A stretch of 64,000 nucleotides of DNA from Candidatus Saccharimonadota bacterium. GTDB taxonomy: Bacteria > Patescibacteriota > Saccharimonadia > Saccharimonadales > JAXHNE01. The notes below the pieces were generated by a model. The model was not told the origin of the DNA, made no database searches, and worked only from the letters and a program-made list of their open reading frames with translations. Where the stretch lies: positions 54,827 to 118,826 of the forward strand of contig JAXHNE010000007.1 in NCBI GenBank assembly GCA_034520885.1. The letters are read 5' to 3'. Shown here in pieces: positions 20,541 to 30,255 of the stretch (positions within the stretch are counted from its first letter, which is position 1; each line of letters opens with the position of its first letter). Made by a program: the position numbers and the translations under genes.

Positions 20541-21223
20541 ATGAAAGTGCAAATAATTACCTTATTCCCGGAGGTGTATTTGAGCTTTCCACAGCTGCTC
20601 TGATGCCAGACGTGCTCGAAAAGCCACGAAGACGAACAAGCCGGTGGAATTTCAGCTAATCTCAATTTAGCATGAATCTCGGTAAGGGGCCGCATAAAAA
20701 AGTGGATGAAAAGCCATTGATCCACGGTGGCGGCTGACGGCATGTACTCCGGATGAAGGTCGATCACGCTGGCTGCGCGCGATCAAGAGCCTGTACCGCC
20801 AAAAACAACGACCCGGACGCGAAAGTGCTGCTTCCTACTCCCCGCGGAAAGGTTTATAAGCAATCCGACGCCAAGCGTTTGGCGGCCGCCCAAGAGGGAT
20901 TAATTATCGTATGCCCCCGTTATGAAGGCTATGATGAACGCGTAACACAATGGGTCGACGAGCAGTTTTGTATCGGTAACTATGTGCTCACCGGCGGGGA
21001 AATCCCGGCCATGGTAATTTTGGACAGTGTGGTTCGGTTGCTTCCCGGCGTGCTGGGCGGTGAAAACTCAGCGGAGATCGAGTCCTTCCAACGGGACGAT
21101 AAAACAGTCGAGTTTCCTCAGTACACTCGCCCGGAAACCTATCGGGACATAACGGTTCCCGGCGTATTATTAAGCGGAAACCACGCACAAATTCAAAAAT
21201 GGCGGGAGGACAACAATGGGTGA
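20541..21223 (+). pseudogene. trmD: tRNA (guanine37-N1)-methyltransferase TrmD, N-terminal third frame-broken several times
   Basis: MKVQIITLFPEVY... stops at 20601. VEFQLI, GKGPHKKVDEKPLIHGGG and the intact C-terminal ORF 20753-21223 (LIIVCPRYEGYDERV...GGEIPAMVILDSVVRLLPG) lie in different frames. Confidence 0.7.
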
Positions 21224-21929
21224 AGTGATTGAGTTCCCGGGAGGGGAGTATGCGCCGGTTAGCTCCATAATTTCTAAACACAGAAGCAAAGTGGAAGTAT
21301 CCTATGATGTTTCCGAGTTTTTGTTACGTCCAAGCCACGAGGGCTTTAATGCCGAGACTTTTCCCAACGGAACGATCCAGGCAGGAGACAAGGGTTTAAC
21401 GTATTTTTGTGATGTTTTCGGTTCCATAGAAGTAGGTACGCCACCTCCCGTGACTGACATGGAAACCTATTTTTCTTCTGAAGAACCCGAGGAGACAGTT
21501 GAAACGCTGCAGTCGGACTGGTTGTACGCAATTTACTATGCCGCTCGAACCACTCTTCAAGAAGGGTTGAAACGCAACAACTCATTACATAGCGCTCTCG
21601 GTGCGTTGGCAACATGGATTTATAAAAGACAGCCGGGTGCTAGCGAGCCGGGGCGCATTCGTTTTGATTCCACCCATCTTGCGGAAAACTATTTAATAGG
21701 TAAGTACGCGGCCACCTTTGCCGCCAGGACTATGGAGAAAACAACGAAAGCGCCGCACCTGGCGCGGGAAATACATTCACGCGCTTTTGACAAATCAAAA
21801 TTTATGGGTGAGATTAGTGATGACGAAGCGAGAGTACTGAGTCACTTCTCAAATGACGAAGTCATTATAGTCATTACTGAATCTGGAATAAGCTCGCCGG
21901 ACGAAGCAGTCGCACGGCAACTGGGCTAA
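21216..21929 (+). CDS. hypothetical protein, start overlaps the trmD stop (ATGGGTGA)
   Basis: 237-aa ORF with no recognisable motif. It occupies the slot where rplS usually follows trmD. Confidence 0.5.
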   Translation: MGEVIEFPGGEYAPVSSIISKHRSKVEVSYDVSEFLLRPSHEGFNAETFPNGTIQAGDKGLTYFCDVFGSIEVGTPPPVTDMETYFSSEEPEETVETLQSDWLYAIYYAARTTLQEGLKRNNSLHSALGALATWIYKRQPGASEPGRIRFDSTHLAENYLIGKYAATFAARTMEKTTKAPHLAREIHSRAFDKSKFMGEISDDEARVLSHFSNDEVIIVITESGISSPDEAVARQLG

Positions 21930-21986
21930 GAAAGTTATAAGCCTTCCGCTAAATTTGTTACACTAAAGGATATAAAGGGAGGGTTT

Positions 21987-22412
21987 ATGTTCAAAATCAA
22001 ACCTGTTTATGCTCATTGTGATCTTATGTGCGGCGTGTACGACCCGGCGCAAGCCAGGATTGAAGCACAATCCGTATATAACGCCGTGAAAAAATACCAA
22101 GCGTCCGACGACGCGGTTTTCAAACAACGTGCCTTGGCCATCAAGGAAAAACGCGCCGATATGGTGAAAGAGCACCTCTGGGTGTTGTGGACGGATTACT
22201 TTAAGCCCGAACATCTACAAAACCATCCCGACCTACATGACCTTATTTGGCGGGCGACCAAAGCCGCCGGCGACGCCAAAAAAACCGGCAAACTCGAAGA
22301 CGCCCAGAAAACGATTGATCTGGTTGACGAAGTCGGCGCGGTTTTTGCCAAAACCAAAGACGGCTATGATTACGAAGCGGTTAAATCCAATATGGAAGGA
22401 CAGGCCGCGTAA
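21987..22412 (+). CDS. sodN: nickel-containing superoxide dismutase precursor
   Basis: 9-aa leader MFKIKPVYA then HCDLMCGVYDPAQARIEAQSV (Ni-hook HCxxPCGxY, here with M at position 5). GGGAGGG RBS. Confidence 0.9.
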   Translation: MFKIKPVYAHCDLMCGVYDPAQARIEAQSVYNAVKKYQASDDAVFKQRALAIKEKRADMVKEHLWVLWTDYFKPEHLQNHPDLHDLIWRATKAAGDAKKTGKLEDAQKTIDLVDEVGAVFAKTKDGYDYEAVKSNMEGQAA

Positions 22413-22415
22413 GCT

Positions 22416-22700
22416 TTGAGTTGGCCGTTTATGCTTCGGCGGGTCGCCGGTAACAGCATGCACCCCGCTTTACGAAAAGGAAATGTCGTTTTGGCGACCC
22501 GATGGTGGCGCACGTTACGCGCGGGAGACGTGGTAATTTTTGAACACAAAGGGCTGGAAAAAATTAAGCGTATCAGCATGATCAAGGCGGAAAAGCTACG
22601 GGTAACCGGCGATAATGCCGTTCAGAGCACGGACAGTCGCACGTTCGGCTTCATTCCCCGCTCATCGGTAGTCGCAAAAGTGGTGTGGCCGCGGGCATAG
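22416..22700 (+). CDS. sodX: S26-type signal-peptidase homologue, NiSOD maturation protease
   Basis: GNSMHPAL (catalytic Ser box) and EKIKRISM (Lys box), immediately downstream of sodN. Start is TTG 22416 or ATG 22431. Confidence 0.8.
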   Translation: MSWPFMLRRVAGNSMHPALRKGNVVLATRWWRTLRAGDVVIFEHKGLEKIKRISMIKAEKLRVTGDNAVQSTDSRTFGFIPRSSVVAKVVWPRA

Positions 22701-22717
22701 GTATCGTTAGCGTAAAT

Positions 22718-22936
22718 TTATGTATTGATTATAGGTTTCACTGGCGTTGTTATAGCGGTTTTGTTTCGCGCCGTGCATTTTCCCGGTTCCCGTATGTCGC
22801 CGAGAATGTATAGCTTATCGTGGTGTGAATTACGTCGCTTTTCAATTTTGCGAGCTAACTCTAGCAGCTCATCTTTGGGACTTGTCGCGGTTTCGTCAAA
22901 GCCGGTAATGTCGCTTCGGTGATGAAGGCGTTTCAT
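22718..22936 (-). CDS. hypothetical 72-aa protein directly downstream of the CDF gene
   Basis: ATG follows the CDF stop codon with no gap (TAAATG). No motif recognised and a plus-strand ORF overlaps it. Confidence 0.3.
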   Translation of the reverse strand: MKRLHHRSDITGFDETATSPKDELLELARKIEKRRNSHHDKLYILGDIREPGKCTARNKTAITTPVKPIINT

Positions 22937-23866
22937 TTATTTTTCCGGGGTTTCGGCTTCGATTTGTACGCGGGTGATCATGGGCAAACGCTTTTTCAAC
23001 TTCTGCTTGATTCGATCGGTCGTAGTTTCTACTTCATCGGTATTCAAGTCGTCGGCAAAATGCACTTCTACGACCACGAATATTTTCCCGGATCCGACCG
23101 TGATAGCTCGTAAATCCAAAACGTCTTGGACATGCTTCACCGAAAGCGTCGTCCGTTTTATTTCGTTAATGACTTCCGGCCGGGGACTGATTCCGACGAT
23201 AAAACCCCGCAAATTATATATCAAAAGCACCGCACCGGCGACAATCAAGCCGCCTACGATGACCGCGCCGATACCGTCAAAGAACACCTCGCCGGTCAAC
23301 CAAAAAATGAACAATGAAACGAATCCCACTAAAGCGGATAAAGTCCCCATAAGATCAATTAAAAGCGTGGTTTTCGTCTCCACCAAAGAAGAGTGGAATA
23401 TGCGCCGAAGCGTGGCTTTGGTATCGGCGTTTTGTAAAGTGTATCCGAGCCGCCGCAAACTTACGTGCATGGAATAAGCATTGGTTACGAATCCGAAACT
23501 GAGCATACCCAGCGCAATAAGCGGGAACATAACGTTTTGCGGATCAAGGATTTGACGCACCCCTTGGGTTATAGCGAACCCACCGGTCACTACCAGCGCG
23601 AAAATACTGGCCAGTAATGTCCAAAAGAACACTTCTCTCCCGAATCCGAACGGGTGAGTCGCATCGGCCTTTCTGTCGGACTTTTTTACGCCGATAAGCA
23701 GCAGTAGAGCCGTAGTCAAGTCGGCCGCGCCCTGCAAGGCCTGCGCGAGCATGACGGCGCTTTGCGTAAAAACGGCCACAATGATGTTTAGTAAAATATC
23801 ACCGACACTTACCAGAATTGATACGCCCACGGCATGTTCAGCGGACACGTTTTTTGGTTTTGCCAT
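22937..23866 (-). CDS. cation diffusion facilitator (CDF) family metal efflux transporter
   Basis: 6 TM plus a cytoplasmic C-terminal domain, typical CDF sequence (LVSVGDILLN..., HFADDLNTDE). Start chosen at MAKPKN, while the ORF track extends to 23905. Confidence 0.85.
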   Translation of the reverse strand: MAKPKNVSAEHAVGVSILVSVGDILLNIIVAVFTQSAVMLAQALQGAADLTTALLLLIGVKKSDRKADATHPFGFGREVFFWTLLASIFALVVTGGFAITQGVRQILDPQNVMFPLIALGMLSFGFVTNAYSMHVSLRRLGYTLQNADTKATLRRIFHSSLVETKTTLLIDLMGTLSALVGFVSLFIFWLTGEVFFDGIGAVIVGGLIVAGAVLLIYNLRGFIVGISPRPEVINEIKRTTLSVKHVQDVLDLRAITVGSGKIFVVVEVHFADDLNTDEVETTTDRIKQKLKKRLPMITRVQIEAETPEK

Positions 23867-23941
23867 ATCTAAAAGTATAACGCACATGCTTAACGTAACA
23901 ATCATGCTGATTTTTTCTTTGATAAACGTTACAATTTAGCC

Positions 23942-24547
23942 ATGCGTTCATTACGAACATTATGGCCACACAAGGTCGAGCTACTACTGTATGGCATCAT
24001 TGCGGCCATGATTATGACGTTGGGTAATTTTGATTTTTTTGCCCGCCAACTCGGACTTATCGATCATACGACTAATGCAGTAATCACCGATGTTATCAGT
24101 GGGTATATTAATGACGGAGTGCGGTTCATTGACGGATTTTCCGTGACCGCCGTGAGCTCGGTGTTTTTGTTTTGGAGTTTTGTCGGCATCTTGACCCTGA
24201 GTGTTATTCACACCGTTTCCGAAACGTATCACGAAGTCAGCCAAGACGTTGAAGTGGCGACCAAGTTTTATCATCCGCGGCACTTTTCCACTAAAAAGTT
24301 TTGGGTGGGAGTCATAAAACAAGCGGTTTTAAATAGCGGGTTGTACGTTATCGTTTTATTTTTCGTATTTTTCGTCTCCGTCGTTATGTCACCGGTGGCC
24401 GTAAGTGCTCTCCATGAAGTAGTAAGCAATCTCAGCGTAGCGAGCATTGGAATCTTTGTTGGCGCCGCGTTCGCCCTATGGTTAAGTCTAGTGATTCTGG
24501 GCGTTGGAATCCGCCTTATTCTGTTAAGAAAACACTTCCAAGTGTAA
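23942..24547 (+). CDS. hypothetical membrane protein
   Basis: 4-5 TM helices, 201 aa, no recognised domain. Confidence 0.55.
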   Translation: MRSLRTLWPHKVELLLYGIIAAMIMTLGNFDFFARQLGLIDHTTNAVITDVISGYINDGVRFIDGFSVTAVSSVFLFWSFVGILTLSVIHTVSETYHEVSQDVEVATKFYHPRHFSTKKFWVGVIKQAVLNSGLYVIVLFFVFFVSVVMSPVAVSALHEVVSNLSVASIGIFVGAAFALWLSLVILGVGIRLILLRKHFQV

Positions 24548-24550
24548 GGT

Positions 24551-24961
24551 TTAGTACTCCAAGGATATGTTTTCTTGGCCTTCCGGCGTGAGGATTTTGT
24601 CTACCAATTTATCGATGTCATCGTTGGATAAGTTGGCCTTTACGGCATACCCTTCTATCCCGTATTCGCGAAGACCGGCCGGCGCGTCCTTTTCGTTCAA
24701 GTTGGAAATAATGTAAACGCGGATGTCCTTGCCCCAGTCGTGAGCACGCATACGGCGTAAAATTTCATCACCGGCGACACGGGGCATCATGAGATCCAGG
24801 AGCACCAAATCCGGTTTTTCCCGTTCGATGATACCGAGCGCTTCTTCGCCGTCAAACGCCGAGAAACACCGATATCCGATAATTTCCAATCGGGCTTTGT
24901 AGATCTCGTTCAAAGCTACATTGTCTTCGGCGATAACGATCTTTTGCTTTTTCGGCTCCAT
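24551..24961 (-). CDS. stand-alone response regulator receiver domain (CheY-like)
   Basis: KIVIAEDN...DLVLLDLMMP (phospho-Asp context)...KANL. No output domain and no kinase nearby. Confidence 0.85.
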   Translation of the reverse strand: MEPKKQKIVIAEDNVALNEIYKARLEIIGYRCFSAFDGEEALGIIEREKPDLVLLDLMMPRVAGDEILRRMRAHDWGKDIRVYIISNLNEKDAPAGLREYGIEGYAVKANLSNDDIDKLVDKILTPEGQENISLEY

Positions 24962-25067
24962 AGCGGGTACTATAGCGTGAAAATAGCTGCTTGCAAACTT
25001 GACTCCCGTGTCCGTTCTGTTTTACTGAAAAGTAGGAAATAAAAAGAGAAAATACAAAACACGCAAC

Positions 25068-25550
25068 ATGCCGCCGGATACTCATAAACTCCATCATCAT
25101 CTGCTACTTACGGGCTTCCTCATCGCTTTTGGCGTGGTCGGTATGTTCGGGCTGCAAACCAACTTCGCTGCGGATTCCACTTTACTTTCCCCAGAAGACG
25201 CGCTTAACAGGAGCGATGTCGTGGTTCCGGATTCGGATACTATTAGCGATCAGTCGGGTGCCGTGGATCGTACTTACGATTTACGTAACTTTATGACTAC
25301 TGAATATGACACCCAGAGCGGAAACGGCGTTTATCCCGTGCGACTCGGGAATAATAATGCAATGACCCTGCGGCGTCAGAAAAAGACAACGACCCATCCG
25401 GGAGGAAGGTACCGCGGAGAAACAAAATACCAAATTATTCGTATCAATCACACTAGGAGTAGCCGGGATTTCCGGATTGGCAGCGGATATTTCAGAGCTC
25501 AAGTTCGGCGCCATCTCCCGCTTTTTGAAAAAGTAGGAGACGTCACTTAG
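25068..25550 (+). pseudogene. truncated, degenerate paralog of the N-terminus of the downstream surface protein
   Basis: Anchor plus ADSTLLSPEDALNRSDVVVPDSD...YPVRLG parallels ATNDPLLTVDQALSRSSKVVVSD...YLVRVG of ORF 25704, then degenerates into a basic nonsense tail. Confidence 0.4.
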
Positions 25551-26811
25551 TCATTTTCGGCGGGTAAACGGAGGGGTTTTCTCATACAAAGAAGAGTGAA
25601 TGACTAAAATCTAGCTATAAAGTTGACAACGTAAGCATTTTCGAGTTTACTCAAGCGTAGTGTGAATTATTTATAAAAATTCAACAAAAGAGTAACAAGT
25701 AAATTGAAAAAAATGGTTTCAAATTCTCGGTACAGGTTGCGTTTCATAGTATTCACTTTGATATTTGCTACGACTGGCGCTTTGGCTTTGATTTTTGTTT
25801 CCGCGACGAACGACCCATTATTAACCGTGGATCAAGCACTATCAAGGTCTTCAAAGGTAGTCGTTAGCGACACCGACAAATTCACGGATACGAATCATCC
25901 GGACTTTACTACCTTTGACGCGAGAAACGCACATATAGATGGGGTTGTTCGTTCGAACGCCGACGCTTATCTCGTGCGGGTCGGCCATAGGAACCCGTCA
26001 AAACAAACCGCCTGGATTGGCGGGCTTGTAACGTCCGATGTTGACAGAAATTTCTCGTGGCATCGACTGAAGAGTGACCGTGACGGTGCGGGTATTAAGT
26101 TCGATGCGGAAGACTGGTGGGTAATCGATGGTCTGCGACTTGACAACACGATGGACGCGATCCGCCCCCACGTTACCGGCAGTGACCGTCAGTGGGAGGT
26201 GCGGAATACATGGGCGGAATACACTCGTGACGACTTCATTGAAAACGACCACACGTCCGCGCCCGGCGGAAGAATTCATGACACCTTAGTCGACGGCGTT
26301 TTCATGTTCTTGTCAGTTGGACAGAACCAGACTTGGGACGGCGATAACCCTTACCACATAAGCAACACCATAGTCGACCTCAAGCCGATGCCTTACGACT
26401 CTGATGAAAAAACTCCCTACATGGAAGATGCGTATGGATTTGACGCGGATCGTCATGGCCATCTGTTCAAACGTTATGACTCATCCGATCCGCCAATGTA
26501 CGTAAGTGACACCGTTTTTATTGTGCGGCAACATGCGGGTAGACGGGACAAGACAGATGGCTCTACCGGAAAATGGCTCGACGTACGACAATGTCACGCT
26601 CGTTTGGTACCAAGACAGTGAATATCCCGCGCATGTGCCAGATGACGTTGAGGTCATGTCGCTGCGAACTCACACCCGTGCCGAACTCGACAATTTTGTG
26701 AATACGATCAAAGGGGACTGGAAGGAGCGTCACGGTTTTGCACGGAACGCATCAGTCACGGATGATCCGGTTCACCCCGATAAGCTTCTCAACCCCGATC
26801 CGGTAGGCTCT

Positions 26812-26932
26812 GATCCCGAACCAGAACCAGAACCAGAACCCGAACCAGAACCTGACCCGGAACCTGAACCTGATCCAGACCCAGCTCCCGAACCTGAACC
26901 CGAACCTGATCCAAACCCAGATCCTCCCGAAC
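26812..26932 (+). repeat. (Pro-Glu/Asp)n dipeptide-repeat linker, cryptic 6-nt tandem repeat
   Basis: gaaccagaaccagaaccagaacccgaaccagaacctgacccggaacct... encodes DPEPEPEPEPEPEPDPEPEPDPDPAPEPEPEPDPNPDPPE. Confidence 0.9.
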
Positions 26933-27387
26933 ATGAATCCGTACCGTTTCGATTGAATAGTGGCGGGCAAAGTTAACGTCGATAACGAGGGCAATCAGTG
27001 GGAAGCCGACCAGTACTTCACTAACGGCAGTTGTAGCAACGATACGTATTCGGTCAGTAATGACATTGCGAATACACCGGATGACGAACTGTATCAGTCG
27101 GAGCGTTTCTGTATGGAAAGTTACGATATCCCGCTGGCTGACGGTGATTACACCCTTAACCTACACTTTGCCGAGATTTATCCCGATGCCGCGCCAAGAG
27201 TATTCGGTGTGACGGCCGAGGGTGACACGCTATTTACTGATTACAACATCGCGGCCGAAGTCGGCGACTATACGGCCACGACTCGCAGTTTTGATGTCAC
27301 GGTAAACGACGGAACGTTAAACCTGGCCTTTCAGCGTGGCACCGAAAATCCCAAAATATCGGCCATCGAAGTCGTAGAACAAGCCGA

Positions 27388-27450
27388 TGAAGAACCCGAC
27401 CCCGAACCTGACCCTGAACCCGAACCTGAACCTGAGCCTGACCCCAACCC
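27388..27450 (+). repeat. second (Pro-Glu/Asp)n linker
   Basis: Encodes EEPDPEPDPEPEPEPEPDPNP between the two malectin-like domains. Confidence 0.9.
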
Positions 27451-29115
27451 TTCAGTCGTCAGCATACCGTTCAGGCTGAATGCCGGTGGCGGAACATATA
27501 CCGATGTTAACGGTAATCAATGGCAGGCTGACGAGTACTACACACATTCCGATTGCGGAAAAGATTATTCGGTAAGCGACGGTATAGCCAATACCGAAGA
27601 CGACACACCTCTATCAGACCGAAAGATGGTGCATGGACAGCTACGACATACCGGTGAGCAACGGTGAGTATGATCTCAGGTTGCACTTTGCGGAAATATT
27701 CCGGATGCTTATCCACGCGTGTTCGGCATGAGCGCTGAGAGCGATACCTTATTCGCCGACTATAATATCGTCGATGAAGTCGGTAACTTCGCCGCCACTA
27801 TGCGCAGTTTTGACATTACGGTGAGTGACGGTACGTTGAACCTTAACTTCCAACGCGATTCGGAAAATCCCAAGATTTCCGCGATCAGAGATCGTAGATC
27901 AATCAGCACCTGATCCAGAACCGGTAGACAGCGAGCCGCCCACGGTTAGTTTCCTGGAACCTGCGGAGGGCGCCACTCTGTCAGATACAGTTACAGTCGA
28001 AGCAGAGGCGGAAGACAATGAAGGAATCGACTATGTGGAATACTTCATCAATCAATCCAAGTTCGATCAAGAGGGCGGGGATCCGTATGATACGACGCTC
28101 GATACTACTCAATTTGCCAACGGCGAGTACACGATCATGGCTCGAGCTGTTGATATCAACGGCAACAGCAGCACGGACAGTGTTAATATCGCGTATTGAC
28201 AACGAGGTAGCTGACACCGATCTGCCAGACCGCGCCAAGCAATCTCAGAACGGGAGACGTTACGTCCGAAAGGGTTGTACTCCGGTGGAATGCAGCGACT
28301 GACAACGAGGGAGTAGATTATAACGAGATCTGGCGGGATGGTGAAATTCTAGCGATCAACAACGACGATGCTTACGCTGACGGCAACGTACAACCAGGAA
28401 GTGACCATACTTACCAAGTTTGGTCAGTTGATACTTCCGGTAATGTCGACGCTTTTCGTAACGAGATAACCGTCAACGTACCAGAGCTCGCCGATACGAC
28501 ACCGCCAAGCGCACCGACCATGGAGGTTAGTAACGTAACGCAAAACTCAGCGGACGTATCATGGAGTGCCGCTACTGACGATAACGAAATAGACGGCTAT
28601 ACTTATATCGAAACGGCGCCGTTATCCGGGAAATTTCAGCTAACCAGCGATCGCTCACTGATGAAAGTCTCAGTGCTGACACGCTCTACTCGTATTATGT
28701 TCGCGCTTTTGACGATTCCGGTAATCTGAGTGACGCCAGCAACACGGTTTCCATAACTACCGAACCAATAATGGAAGAACCAGTCGACAAAACCGCGCCG
28801 ACAACTCCCGGTGACCTTGAAACCGATACGATTTCGAGTTACCAAATCAACCTCAGCTGGAAGGCCTCCAAGGACGATCAAAGCAAGGTCGTGTATGAGA
28901 TTTTTAGAGGTGACTCGCTGTTAGCCCGTACGACAACGACTTCGTTCGGCGACTCTACTGTTAGGCCGGACACGACGCTATACCTACAAAGTACGGGCTG
29001 TCGATGATTCTGATAACCGCAGCTCATTCAGTAGCTCTGTATCCGCCAAGACGTACAATTACCACTGGAGAGTCATATGGAAGATTTGGAAGAATTATTG
29101 GGAGAATAGATAGCA

Positions 29116-29622
29116 ATGAGTGAAAACGACAACCAGAGTATAGATGACAAGATTAGCGCCAATTCGCAAACGGGTACCGTGATTGAGTCCGGTGACGGCA
29201 AAGGCGGCGAAAAGAAGGTCGGCCTGATTTTGCTGGTAATCGGCGTCTTGGTTGCCGCTGGCGCGGCCTTATTCATGATATTTCGTGAACAAATCATTCC
29301 CGTGGAAGAATCAACGAACGAGGCGTCGGTTGCATATATCGATATTACGGCGGACGGTTTCGTGCCCGACACGCTTTTGGTCGAACCTGGCACCACGGTA
29401 ATCTGGCGCAATGGGGACACCGAGCCACACCATGTAGCCTCCAATCCCTACCCCGAACAAACTGATCATCCTGAGCTAGATTCTGAGGGACAAATAGGCC
29501 CCGAGCAGACCTACGAATTCACCGTTGGAGAGGAAGAACAAACTTACAACTACCATGATGCGAACGAGCCCACCAAAAACGGATCTATCACGATCACGCT
29601 GGGCGACACTATTGACGAATAG
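29116..29622 (+). CDS. membrane-anchored cupredoxin-fold domain protein
   Basis: TM anchor then IDITADGFVPDTLLVEPGTTVIWRNGDTEPHHVASNP...YHDANEPTKNGSITI, a plastocyanin/EfeO-like pattern. Confidence 0.6.
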   Translation: MSENDNQSIDDKISANSQTGTVIESGDGKGGEKKVGLILLVIGVLVAAGAALFMIFREQIIPVEESTNEASVAYIDITADGFVPDTLLVEPGTTVIWRNGDTEPHHVASNPYPEQTDHPELDSEGQIGPEQTYEFTVGEEEQTYNYHDANEPTKNGSITITLGDTIDE

Positions 29623-29693
29623 TTACACGGTTTTATCCGGAGCAGATAAAATTAACTAATAATGTGAGCCTTCACTGTCATTTCTTGCCAGTT

Positions 29694-30113
29694 TCACAAA
29701 ACGTACGGGAGCGTCTTCGTCAATCGACTCCGATGGAACCACGTATACGGTTGTTTTCTGACGCGCTTCCTATAACCAATTTTTACTACCGTTAGGCAGG
29801 ATTGAATAACTTGGTTTTCACCTTCTTCCGCTGCGGCGCCTTCTTGAAGTTCCGCTAGTCGTTCTTCACCTACTTCTTCACTGATACAAGCGAGCTGTTC
29901 TTCGGTTGGTTGCGGTGGTTGCTGGGCTTGTGGTTGTTGTGGTTGTTGTTGCGGTTGCCGTGCACTTTGGCTCGAGGAATCGGTTTGCTCGGTCAAGTTA
30001 AGGTTTTCGACCCAGGTGCCACTTCCGAATATTCCCATAATGAACAGTCCGATTATAAAAAGTCCTACTACCGTCCATGTTGCCAAAAAGGCCGTTTTTA
30101 CCATATCTTGCAC
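29694..30113 (-). CDS. hypothetical membrane-anchored Gln/Pro-rich protein, C-terminus possibly frame-shifted
   Basis: TM anchor, QPQQQPQQPQAQQPPQP stretch. The last 35 aa or so are basic nonsense, while another frame reads EARQKTTVYVVPSESIDEDAPVRFVKL. Confidence 0.4.
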   Translation of the reverse strand: MQDMVKTAFLATWTVVGLFIIGLFIMGIFGSGTWVENLNLTEQTDSSSQSARQPQQQPQQPQAQQPPQPTEEQLACISEEVGEERLAELQEGAAAEEGENQVIQSCLTVVKIGYRKRVRKQPYTWFHRSRLTKTLPYVL

Positions 30114-30255
30114 TTTCGTTCTCCCTTGTCATATTGCACACGGCTATGCGTTATTTGCCGCTTACGGTTTTTACCGGTCGTCATACTGTAGCATTCGGGT
30201 TCCGCTCCATGCAATCATGCGAATTGAACAGAATTTTTCGGCAAAAGCCTATCGG

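Larger units (their letters stand above)
25704..29113 (+). pseudogene. large multi-domain cell-surface protein (anchor, unknown 300-aa domain, 2 malectin-like, Ig-like, 3 FN3) interrupted at 9 or more frame changes
   Basis: Conceptual joins near 26540, 26965, 27607, 27700, 27890, 28197, 28225, 28605 and 28975 restore FRLNxGG...NQW.AD.Y...LYQ(S/T)ER...LHFAEI(Y/F)P...PKISAIE twice, an Ig-like domain, and three domains of SxVTxxSAxxSW...Y.Y.V.A.D..GN.S type. Confidence 0.65.

Noticed and set aside
22725-22922. 65-aa plus-strand ORF overlapping the 72-aa minus-strand ORF
   Set aside because: It has no RBS and a Ser/Arg-rich translation. The minus-strand ORF at least abuts the CDF stop codon, and neither is strongly supported.
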